In this document: positions 27,901 through 39,661 of the stretch, piece by piece
Layout of the letters: every line of letters starts with the position of its first letter
Position numbering within the stretch: position 1 is the first letter of the stretch
Source: Paramecium tetraurelia
Lineage: Eukaryota
NCBI GenBank assembly: GCA_000165425.1
Contig: CT868673.1
Coordinates: forward strand, 280,886 to 338,364
DNA length: 57,479 bases
Direction: 5' to 3'
Made by a program: the position numbers and the translations under genes
Notes under the pieces: generated by a model
The model's input: the letters and a program-made list of their open reading frames with translations, nothing else
The model's database searches: none
What the model was told of the DNA's origin: nothing

Positions 27901-29705
27901 GGATTTATCATTTGTATGATCATTTTAGTCTACTTCCTATTATTCTATCCAAATATCATAGCCAAACGAAGTTATGCTCACATTACCTAAGGATAGAGTC
28001 AAAGATTTTCATCTGAAGTTATATTTGTACTACTAGTTGTCATTACTATCATAATTACTGACAGAGCATTGTTTATCATGAGGAAAGTGACTAAGGATCC
28101 AAGAAATGACAAATAAAATTAGAGTGGAAATGATATCCAGAAATATACTTTGATGATAAAAGTAGCCATTCATTTCATTTTAATCATAGTTGTTCATTAT
28201 TACTTCTTTTTTGTTATACCATAAAAAACTAATAAAAGTATTAATAAATCATTAAATTTTAGGATTCTAAGAGTCATACTATCTAATATTTGCATACATT
28301 CTAGTTTGTATATATTTTATGATTTCATCTGTGTAAATAAGATATGGATATCCTATATAAAAGTATACTCAGATATTTACTAATTCTCATAAACCAGCCA
28401 ATTCAATGGCATTTAAGATCTATAGAATGATTCCCTTTTTATATGAATTGAGAGTGATTATTGATTGGACATTTACTACTACAGCTTTGGATCTAATTTA
28501 ATGGTTTAGACTCGAAGATATCTTTGCTAATCTATACATCTGTTAGGCATATTAGGATTCTCGTATTGAAAATCACAAGTTAGGAGATCCAAGATCTGCA
28601 TCTGACAAATGTTTAAATGGATGTCTCTATTCGATGTTTATTGTTTTTATTATCATCTTGCCAATTCTGATTTTTAGTACATTAAATCCAGCTGTAGAAA
28701 TCAATAATATCACAAATGGCAAATTTAGTATTAAGGCTGCTTTCTTTGGTTCTGATGATAAGTTATTCTTTACATTATTTTAAGTAAACGACTTAGAATT
28801 ATTGGATATACCAAATGATTAATTTAAGAAAATATAAAAGATCTATGGTGAAATTGAAACATCATGGTAAGAGAGAATGTAAAAAGTTAGAATCAAGAGA
28901 TTCAGTGATATTGAATGGAATCTTCCTGAAAATTATAGAGATTAAATCAGAAATATGATAAAGTCATAAGAGTATTAGGTAGAAATCCAATGTGAATGGG
29001 TATTTTAGAAGAGTGATAGCTAAGGAGGTGCAAAATCATTCACAGGTTAATCTATTGTATAGGCACCTGATACATTTGTAAATAATTTTGGTAAGATCCT
29101 TGCTCCAAGAGCACCTGATGCCGTATTTGACATTAAGGTGTTGGTTCCAAAATTCTTATATGTTGGAGAGTCTGCTGAGACTCAAGCATTACGATTAGAA
29201 CCAGTTAATATAAGAGAGGAAATCAGTTACTATTAAGATATTCGTTTGATTCACAAAAAGACAAGTGATTTTGTATTCTTTGAGTTGGTACCCAATGATG
29301 ATTCAACAGATTTGAAGTAGATTGGAGGTATATTTTGATTAATATGCTATAGCATCATCATAAAATAGAGTTGAATTCTTTGTATTGAATGAATTAGCTT
29401 TTGGTAGTTTGATTGGAGCATTGTCTACAAATATGTCAATAATAAGTATATATGCAACATTTGTGTTGACAATCGGTAGGTTTTTGAGATTTGCATATGA
29501 CAAAATAAGTACAAGAGTTATGTTTGAGGAAATGCCAGAAACATATGAATTATTTGATTTGTGTCAAAGCATTTATATAGCAAGAGTGGATGGAGATTTC
29601 TTTAACGAAGAAATATTTTATGAATTACTAATTAGGATATATAGAAGTCCAGAAATACTATTTAAAATGACAGGTGCTTCAATTTATGATAGATAAAAGA
29701 AATGA
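21902..29705 (+). CDS. PIEZO: Piezo-type mechanosensitive ion channel, roughly 2,550 aa
   Basis: Many hydrophobic TM segments; ANIIALFYPFSAFLYGLLENPVPSKRYW; PFEW signature YRMIPFLYELRVIIDWTFTTTALDLIQWFRLEDIFANLY; pore-region end SIISIYATFVLTIGRFLR...ELLIRIYRSPEILFKMT; about 5 introns of 25-26 nt; TGA 29703-29705. Confidence 0.96.
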
Positions 29706-29739
29706 TTGTAATTAATATATATTTATTTGATAATTGAAT

Positions 29740-31988
29740 ATGAGTTCTGGAAGTGAGAAGTTGGATTAGGTGCATCAACATCACTTGATGGCACCTTTGA
29801 AACCTTTCTTTCCTAATCAGAATTTGGAAGATAAGAGGATCAGAACTGCAGCCAGAGAATTTCATGATTTTCTGAAGGAAGCAATAGACGAAGAACATTA
29901 ACACCTATTGAATGCAGATCAATCTATAATAAATGATGAGATAGTTAAGATGGCATTACCAGAAACTAAAGCTGAAATCAAAGAATTAATTTATGAATTA
30001 AAACGAATCCAAAATGAAGAAGAATAGCTGTTATTGCATTTTATAGGATAAGCTAAACAACTAGATAATAATGATAAAACGACTCCAAAAAGATTAAAGG
30101 ATTATTTTGAAGGATTCTACTATGAAGTTATGATAAGAAGTAGTGACAAAAAGAAATTGTATGAAAAAGTTTTGTTGCGAGAAGAACAATTGTAATTATC
30201 ACTTAAATATCAAGGCAGAAGCATTTAACCTAATTGGAAATTAATATGAATAAAATTGAAAAGAATTATGAATCTATCAAAAAGTGGCATGAAATTAGAT
30301 CATTAAGACAGACTGGGTATTTTGTTTCATCTATTTAAAATAGGAGATTTAAGAACAGTACAACTAAAATATAGAAAATACAAATTCCAAACAATGTCTC
30401 AGTCTAAGCATTGAGTCAGGATTTTCTTACAAAAAATGTAAATATACAACAATAAGAATAATCTGTATTGCATGAAGATGTCATGTCCAAACCAAATGCA
30501 ATCACTTCAGGATACAATCTGGAGTATAAACCTATTCAATATAAGGAAATATAATCAGATTTAAAAGAAATTGAAATTGATGAAACAAGTGTCTATGATT
30601 GGATCGTAGACATTGATTTAATCACTACTATTGCTAAAAATGGTTGGAAAGTATATTTGTCAAAGAAATTTGCAGATGCACAAGTCAAATAAGAGTTAGA
30701 AATACCTAATTATGGATTCACTAAATAATAACATAAGGCTTAATGGGAAGGTGCAGCTGTTGCAGTCGTTGGTTTATACGATAAAGGAAAAACCTTTGTA
30801 CTCAACAATCTTACATCTTCAAATTTACCTTCAGGGAAGAAAGTAACTACTAAGGGAGTCTCATTTAAGCATGTGAATGTTGATTCAGGTACATAATTGA
30901 TACTTGTTGATACTGCAGGTAGTTATTCACCTGTTAAAATTACGAATGAATTAAGTATTGTAGAAAAAGAAGCCACAGAAATGTTTATCACTGACTTAGT
31001 TTTTGAGATCTCAGATTATTTCATTTGTGTAGTCAATGATTTCACTAGTCTCGATTAAAGATATTTGGATAGATTGAGTAGAAATCTGTAGAACTCTCCA
31101 AATAAAACATTTAGAGAAATTATTGTTATACACAATCTAAAAGAAGTAGAATCACCTGAGATCTTAGAACATGTTTGGAGTACTCAAGTTACTCAAATCT
31201 ATTAGAATGGATCAATCTAAAGAACTAAGGTTGCATCAATTAATCCTATCAATCATTAATTGTAAGAAAAACATGTCTTATGGTTCAAAACTGAATTTAC
31301 AAGACATGTTTGTTTAGTTAATGATGACTCATATCTAGGAATGTCAATCAACCCTTGGGTTTTTTCATTGTTGAGATATTGGTTAAAGGCAGTATTTGTT
31401 CCTGTTAATAGATAATTCTCAGTTGTAGATAGTATCATTCAATTTAGTAAGGTATGTATTTATTCATCAATTCATTTAGACTAAATTATCATCTTATTTT
31501 AGAACCATTCTCACACTTCAGATTTAAGATACTGATGACTTTTTAGTTAAAACTATTGTTACTTAATAAGAAGTATAAGATAGCAATGTCAGAATACCTT
31601 AAGTCTCTATTGATTCTAGCGGTTTGATAATGACCAGACCTGACAGTTTCTTACCTAATACTGATATCATAGCCACTGATTAATACATTATTTATATGGA
31701 TGTGCCTGGATTAACCAAAAATGAAATCCTTGTGTATCGTCAAAATGTTGTAACAATCATAAAAGGAATACGTAAAAGACCCTATGATGTAATTCAATTT
31801 ATTTAGTTTATAAGACTGAGAAACTAGAACGCAGTGAACGCAAATACGGCGAGTTTGCTTTGTCATTTAAAATTCCAGAGATTTACGAAAGGAAATGGAG
31901 TACCTTTACAGTTGAAAATGGAGTGTTGACAATTGTTTATGAAAAAGATAAAGATGATTAAATTGTCAGATAAAAAAAACAGGAGTGA
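29740..31988 (+). CDS. Coiled coil - P-loop GTPase - Hsp20/alpha-crystallin domain fusion protein
   Basis: G1 VAVVGLYDKGKTF (GLYDKGKT at 30771-30794), G2 VTTKG, G3 LVDTAG, G4-like IIVIHN; C-terminal PNTDIIATDQYIIYMDVPGL..TIIKGIRK..ERKYGEFALSFKIP..VENGVLTIVY, an alpha-crystallin pattern; 3 introns; TGA 31986-31988. Confidence 0.85.
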
Positions 31989-32026
31989 ATTAATATAAAT
32001 ATTAATATATATATATGATATTTGTT

Positions 32027-33149
32027 TCACATTAATTAATTAGGTAAATTTGAATAACCCATAATGTTTTCATTATTAAAATCAATGAATTGATTCTATG
32101 ATAAAGAGAATTATATACATTTGAAAAATTGAAGTTTGGTAACTCAGGCATGAAATTAGGTTTTATTACAGATTTTAATGGTTATTACACCTTTTTAATA
32201 CCAAAATTGAATGATTTCTTTCCTTTGCTTAATCCGAACATTTTATATTCATCATAAATTTTGATCAATAATTGTTCTACTAATTGACAAGCCTAAATTT
32301 ATTATTATTATTACTCTAAGAAAGAGATGATTATGTTTAGAGGATACACATAAATGTAAAGGTTCCTGAGATTCTCTTTTTTCTGGTCCTTCCTTGTACC
32401 CTGATCCTCTTCCTCTTAATCTTAATTTAACCAAATCTTATTCTTTTGTATCACAATCAAAAAGACATTAATCAATTATCTTTTTCATGTTGCATCCTTT
32501 TGCACCTAAAATAGATTCCAATTCAATACCTATAATCTTACGAGCAACTTGAAAATCTTTGTCATTATCGATTTATACATCATATCTACAAGTAAACTTT
32601 TATTGATTTGAATCTTGGAATTCCATAATTTCTAATAGATCCTATTGACTAGTGAATTCTATTTTTATAGTGACATCTAATTCTTTGATTTAATGTTTAT
32701 TTAATAGTTTGTAAACTATGAAAGCATCGAAAACTGAATTGAATTTAATTATGATCGCACCATTGACTTTTGTATAGACTTATTTAACTTCTCCAAAATT
32801 TTCACAAACCTAAAGATTTTAATATAAAATTCTCGTTACTTATTTAATATCATCTTAATCAAGTTCAATTTCATAATTGTCTTCACTTGACAATTCAACT
32901 GTCAAATATTAATGTGGATATTGTCTACTCTATATATAGGATTACAATTAATTACTTTCTATTTCAACATAGCACTTATTCTCTATTTCACCTTCTGATC
33001 ACTGAATAATTAGATTTATTTATTCCCTATTAGTAGGTGAAGCATTCAGTAAATTGTCATCACTCTATTCTAACTATAAAGTAAATATGAAATCATACTA
33101 GGAAATTGGTCATGTCCTCAATTTGCTATGAAATCTCTTGAAAGCTCAT
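32027..33149 (-). CDS. RRM-like plus KH-domain RNA-binding protein (SF1/KHDC4-type KH); 5' structure anomalous
   Basis: IKQVCENFGEV..AIIKFNSVFDAF (RRM-like); FQVARKIIGAKGCNMKKII (GxxG loop), VKLRLRGRGSGYKEGPEKRESQEPLHLCVSS; several introns; in-frame TGA at 32999-33001 unless a non-canonical intron is used. Confidence 0.8.
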
Positions 33150-33184
33150 TAATTATTCTGTTAAAATAATATATTTTGTATTAT

Positions 33185-33727
33185 TCATATAATATCTTCA
33201 CTTTATAATTGTTTTTCAAATGGAATCTTTGTATATTTAGGAACAGAAAGACGTCTACAAATTCTCTGCTGATAAGAATATTAAGGTGTTTTGGCACCAG
33301 AACGAGGCCTATAAATCGTATGCATCACTACCTTTCCCTCTCAGGAGTTCTTAACCCTTATTTAAATGAGACTAACCAATGTCTATCGGCACATGTATTC
33401 ATCAATCCACCATGACTATCTCTATTCATATTTAGAATTAATACTATTTACAAAATATAATTATCTCTTCCACTTCCATTGCTAATATAATGCAGAGTCT
33501 TATTGCTTGATTGAGGTCTATAAATTTTCGTTGATTTTTTGGGTTGAAAACTTCCAACTGGAGGTTGATGACATCTCTAAGCATGTAATGTCAATCCACC
33601 GTTATCAAATTAGACATATGTATCACGTCCTGTTTTTCAATAAATCTACTATCTTACCTGTTCCATCAGAATAATAAAAATTGGCCTTAGCATATTAAGC
33701 TTCCGTTTTTATGTTACCAGTCTTCAT
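33185..33727 (-). CDS. Small basic protein with two Y-x2-[DN]GxGRDxY[IV] repeats (probable ciliary/microtubule-associated protein)
   Basis: FYYSDGTGRDTYVQFDNGGL and HYISNGSGRDNYILDSHGGL; C-terminal ICRRLSVPK; 3 introns; TGA 33185-33187. The function is an inference. Confidence 0.75.
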
Positions 33728-33772
33728 CGATTTGTAAAAATAATTAAGTAAATTACTATTATAAAAAATATA

Positions 33773-36700
33773 TCATTTAATTTAAACATTTCTGTCTTCT
33801 CTTTGCATATTTAATTATTCCTGCAATAACTAACATTCTTCAACTAAGTGAAACTAAAGCATATTATTAATAACTTACAATCTATTACTGACATTTCGAA
33901 TGCACATCATCATCTTTAATTTAACTAATATTATCAAAAAACGAATCATCTCCATATAGGATTTCTTGTCTTAATGAAAAATTCAAAATATTTAAGCTAT
34001 GTTACTCTGATTAATCTTAATCCAAGTCATTCAAACTTATTCTCTGAGGCATTCTCTATTTCATCTCTTATATTTATTACACTAATTTCTTGCACTCCAT
34101 CTCATAATACATTGCTTTTTACTAAAACATAAATTAATACATTTACTTCTGATTTATCAACAATCTATTAATACTGTTATAAATTGAATTTTGTGTCATC
34201 AATGCATTTTTATTATTTTTCTGCTTACAATAACTTATTCTACAATTCCCCAATCTTCTTTCTATATTCATTAACGTTTTGTCTTTATTACTCTGTTAAT
34301 AATGATTTCATAGATTGCATTGTCAAATTAACTCTATTATGTAAGAATTCTTGCATAAGTCCATCTAACAATTACGAATAAGCCTCTATTGATTTTATAT
34401 CCTATGAATTGCTGCTTTATTTCTTCTATTCGCTTAACTTCAACTCCTTAATTTTCACAAGTATATCTCCCTCTCCCTCAAATTCATTCTCTATTTTCTT
34501 ATATTTATCTCTAACATCAATTAATCCAACCATTTGATTACTAATAACTTATATCTACTTTTCAACATCTTCCTCTTCATCGTCTGTTAATAACTCAGAG
34601 TATAATTAAAATATCAATGTTGAATATTGAGATTGTTTATCTAATAATTCTTAAAATTCATTCTTTATCTAAGATAATGCATTTATAACATTTTCTTCAC
34701 TAACTTCAGAAATAGATAACTCCTATTATAAAATTTAATTAATTTTATTCTATTCCTCATTTTCAAACCTATTCTTCTCTCCCATTTCAAATACCTTCAA
34801 TCTGTATTCATTTTCTCTCTTTCTAACTTATTCTATCAGTGTGCTATTCTCCTCCTACAATTCACTAAGTCTAACAAATAATTCTTTATTTTGATTTCCG
34901 AGTTCATTTAATTAACTTTCAAATTATTACTTTTGATTTTCTGATTCTAAATCACTATTTTATAACTAAATACTCTTGACTTCTAAATCTTACTGGATCT
35001 TCTCAATGTTAGTCCTTAATTAATGAATCTTCAAGTTCTATTGTGACTTTTCATCCATTATTAAAGTCAATTCTTCATTTAATTACAATACCTATGACTG
35101 ATATTATTCTATTAAGATTCCTTATTCTTATAATTCTGTATCTTTAGACGACAACTATTCATTTAACTATTGGCAAGTAGTCTATTGATTTTTCACTATT
35201 TCCTTCAAATTTTCATTCTTTTTTAGCAATTCTTCTGTAATTTTTTCTTTCTCCATTTATACTTATTCTACTATTTACTTCAATTCACTCTATTCAGAGC
35301 TGGATTACATTGAGACTTAATTTAAATTGTTAAGTTTTTCATTATAATCTTATTCCTATTTCACTTATAATATTTGCAAGTTATTTATAAGTTCATTCTG
35401 ATCAGCAATCTGTTATTCACGATTTTTTAATAAATTTAATACATTATCTAATTCTTCTTATTTCAATTAATTATAATTATTTATTGTATTAACTTATTCA
35501 TGTAGTTTAGTGACTTGATTTTCAAAATCATTTATTTAAATATCTTTGTTATTATTTATTTCTTGTAAAATTGTAATTTACTTCAATAAATCATCATTTT
35601 CATTCTATAATTTGATAAATTAATTTTTCAGCTGTGTGAGTTCGTTTGAACTAATATCCAATTCTTATTATTTCTTATTGACCAGATCCTTTGATTATAA
35701 TATAACTTCACTTAGTTGTAGATTCATTTAACATTCGAAATCTTTCACTTATGATTAGAGTTAATTAATGAGAAAATCTTATTCTTTTATCTTAAATTTA
35801 AGTTCATTTATAGTATTTGAATTTGATTCTGATTGTTAAGATATCTATGACTATAAATCTTTATTTTAATCTTTATAAAGACTCATTTCTTTGGAAACCA
35901 AAATTAATTTACCATTCAATTCTTCATTATCTAAAACTCTTTCATTTAATAATTTATCAATTGAATCTATTTCATTTTATTTCTATTCTAATTATTCTTT
36001 CAATTTTTATAACTCTTGATTTGTTATTTGTTCTTACTCAATCAACTTGATTTAATCTTATTCTATTTAGGCTCTTCTTTCACTTGTATGTATTAACTAT
36101 TCATTCAATTTCCCGATTTCAGATTTAGAATTTATTTCAATAGTTCTAATCTTTTCATCCTTCTATTGGAGTAAATCTTTCCATTTTAGTTATTCATTTT
36201 GAGACTCTTATTATAATGTCTCTAACTATTCAATTAATTAGCGATATAAATTTTAATTTGACTATGATTGTAAATAAATTTCCTTGTTCTTTTAATCTAA
36301 TTAAACTATTTTATTTTCTAGTGCTTTAATTTAATCTAAGAATCCTTATTTTTCTTCTTCTTTTGTTGAAATTTATTATTCCATTTAGCAATTAATTTGA
36401 TTGATTTCTTATTGTAAAACCAAATCAAATCTTTCTTAATTAAGTTTAATCTAAATTTAATGTTATTAAACATCATGTTAGTATTAATCTCTTTAATTTT
36501 AAAGTTATTCTTAAAATTCTTAGATCTATTTATGGAGTTCCAATATTATAGATTCTTTTTCTTAATTACTTTAGTTTTAAACCAAATCTAAATTTTTTTG
36601 TATTTACTTTAATTCAATTTCATGTTATTACTAGTCAATCTATAACTAAGATTGCAAATCTTGAATAGTTTTAGAATTTTGTTCAATAGTATTATTAAGT

Positions 36701-39584
36701 TAAGTAGATTCAAATCTCAATTATGTTATTTCACTTTACGTCGTAATTAAAGTTTGAGATAATTATTCTGCAGTAATCTTATTCTCAATATGCCTTTTTT
36801 CAGTTGCTTCAAGATTAGATTTCAATTAATTTATGAGATTTATTTGATCTTATATAGTTTTACCTAATTCTGATTGGTTTTATTTATTAACTATATCTTA
36901 TTGTTCTATTTATTTTTTGAATTTGTAACATTCTTATTATGTATCATGATGTAATAATTATTAATTTTAGATTAGTTCTTATTGATCAAGTACAACTTAC
37001 TTGGTCTAATTTAATTCTAATGCTAATAATTCATACTATTCTTTCATTGATTACATTGATTCGCTATTGTTTTATAATAATGCTTCATTCTCTAAATTGA
37101 CTTTCTGTAACTAGGCTTATGATTCATGTAATAGTTTCTTCTATTCGCAAATGATCATTTAATTTTATTCATTGAGTCTTTCAAAAGATTACAATTTCTA
37201 TTATAGCATTTCTTAAGATTATTTTTATTGATCCTGCAATGTCTTGACTTGCTTTTAATGGTCATTAGTTTATTTTAGTAATTCTTTTTTGAGTTTAGTA
37301 ATAGTTTCATCTTAGTTTCTTCTTTCATTTTCTGCTTATTAATACTTCTCAGAGAGATCTTTAATTTCAGCCAACTACCTTTCCGATAATTTAATGAATT
37401 CATTAATTTTTTATTCATACTATTCTTAATTCTTCTAAAGATCTTTTTTCATTAATTTAATTGTATCTTAATCTTATTGTTATTGAGAATAGAATTCTAC
37501 ATTTTATGATTAAATTGCTTTATATTCTTCTTCCAAAGCAGAATGCTCAATCTCCTTATTTTATATAATTTCTTATAATTTCTTAACCTTATCTGAGTAA
37601 ACTAAACTATCTTTTGTGATTTTATCTTTGATAATCTATTCAGCCTCTTTCAACAATTATATTTGATTATCAGATTGCTCTATTTGACTATGAAGATCAA
37701 TAATTAATTGATGTAATCTAGTAATTTCAGATTTATTCTATTCAATAACAGTTAACAGATTTTCTTCCTATTGGGAAGATTTTGACTAGTTTTATAAAAT
37801 AACTTAATTTAATCTTTCGATTTCTTTTTTGAATTAGTTTATTTGTGTTTATTGTTCATTATAAGTCAATTTAAGTTCTTAAGATTTAGTAATATCTTCT
37901 TTTAGTTTTTTGGTTTATTCATTCAGATTTAATATTTCTTGTTGCTTATTTTACAATGCTGTAACACTTATCTAAGTTTATCTGTTAAATTCGACTTATA
38001 AGTTTTCATTCTTCTGTACTAATTCCTTATTTGTATTAGAAAGTTGATCATAAAGTTCTTTATAATTTTTTAGTTGCAATTCGTAATTTTAAAATTCTAA
38101 TTTAAATTTATTTTGTAATTCTTCTATCTATTGTTTGGCTTTGATATGAGTATTGTTTAATTCTTTATTTATTAGTAATATTTCTTCAGATTGATTGAAC
38201 AATCTTTCATTAATGGCATCCAACAATCCCTTGAAATCATTTTGTTTATGAACTATTTTATTATTTTGAATGATTTCCTTTAATCTCATTACTAGTGTTT
38301 CTTAAAACTATTAAAATTCATATTATTCAGATTCTCTTTAATTTATGATTTCTTGAATTTCCCCTAATTATTTTAGCCATTTTGCTATACTATCACCGAT
38401 AACACCTTAAAATTGATAAGCATCCTGGAATTTTTATGCTGAATTGTGGCCAATCTTATTTAAATATTAATAATAAGATTTAATATTAGTTTCTAATTCA
38501 GAAATAGCTTATCGAAGTGTAGAGATCTGTTTTTGGCACGTTAAATCAATTTCTAAAAACTTTTTCCATAGATCTTGATTATTCTCACAGATTTGAGCCG
38601 AATATTTGAGAATCTCTTCCTTCTATTCACACATAAGCTTAAAGGATTCTTTGTAATAGAGATGAGTAGTTACTTAATGAATTTGAGATGAGATTGTTCT
38701 TTTCATTTTCGACATCTGTATTCAAACTGTTGTTCTTTGATAGATTTTCAATAGCTTCATAATTCTTCTAATCAATATCCTTAATCAATGATAATAGCAT
38801 GGGTTCATAAGTATCTGGAATATTTTCTTTGTTTTTTGGATAAGTTCCATTTAAGATTTCATTCAATTCATTCTTTTTGGAGAATGATGTTTTGGCACTT
38901 TTCTTACCTGATTTATACAGTTCCAATTCCTTCTCACTCTTGTCTAATAACTAATACAATTTCTTGATACACACTTTTCTACTCTAAAAATAACATTAAT
39001 GTAATTTAATACTTCTGCCTTTTTTTCAGCCTTCTACAATTGCATCTTTAATTATGCCAGATTGGATAGAGATTGTGAATTGATGTTATCGCTAACTCTT
39101 TTTCTTAAGGTATCATTCTCTTATTTAATCTTTTCTAATTACACAGCTAATGAATCAGCAGATTCTAAGACATCCTACTAATCGATGAAATAAATACCAA
39201 TCTCATTTCCACTTATGTTCTAATTTACATATAGGTTCGAATGATCTTGTCATCAGTGTTATTTTCAATTGCATTATTAGCTGCTCTAATTAAATTAAAA
39301 ATTAAGCCAGGTTCCCTTGGAGATTATAATTTTAACTAAGGTGAAAGAGGTAGCTTTTTTTAGCTTCCTGGTGATGATATACTCATCAAATCTACTTTCT
39401 TTTATTCGCATTATTTAAATTTATATTTTTCTCTACTTTGACTCTATTATCTAGGTCTTTGTCCAATTTATAAAGATGACCTTGCAGTTAATTCATAAAC
39501 TGAAAGAAGAAGATCTGCATTATTTTAATTGTTATTTCGCCTAATTTATTCAGTGGTTTACCTTTACTCAAGAGTTCGTTGCAT
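33773..39584 (-). CDS. Very large Q/E/K-rich coiled-coil protein (about 1,900 aa)
   Basis: MQRTLEQRQTTEQIRR start; S/P-rich head followed by near-continuous heptads on the minus strand; few short introns; ends LVEECQLLQEQLNMQREDRNVQIK-TGA (33773-33775). Confidence 0.8.
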
Positions 39585-39661
39585 TTTATGTTTTGAATTC
39601 AAAAATATTAATTATACACAATACTTGTTAAAATAAAAATTAACTATATTTGTTTGAATAT

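Noticed and set aside
33690..33727. Suspected non-canonical intron at the start of the GRD-repeat gene
   Set aside because: On rereading, the frame is open (MKTGNIKTEAQYAKANFYYSDG), so no intron is needed.
39430..39530. Apparent hairpins suggesting a snoRNA or other structured RNA
   Set aside because: The segment lies in frame within the 5' coding region of the minus-strand coiled-coil gene (ATG 39584), and the pairing is weak.
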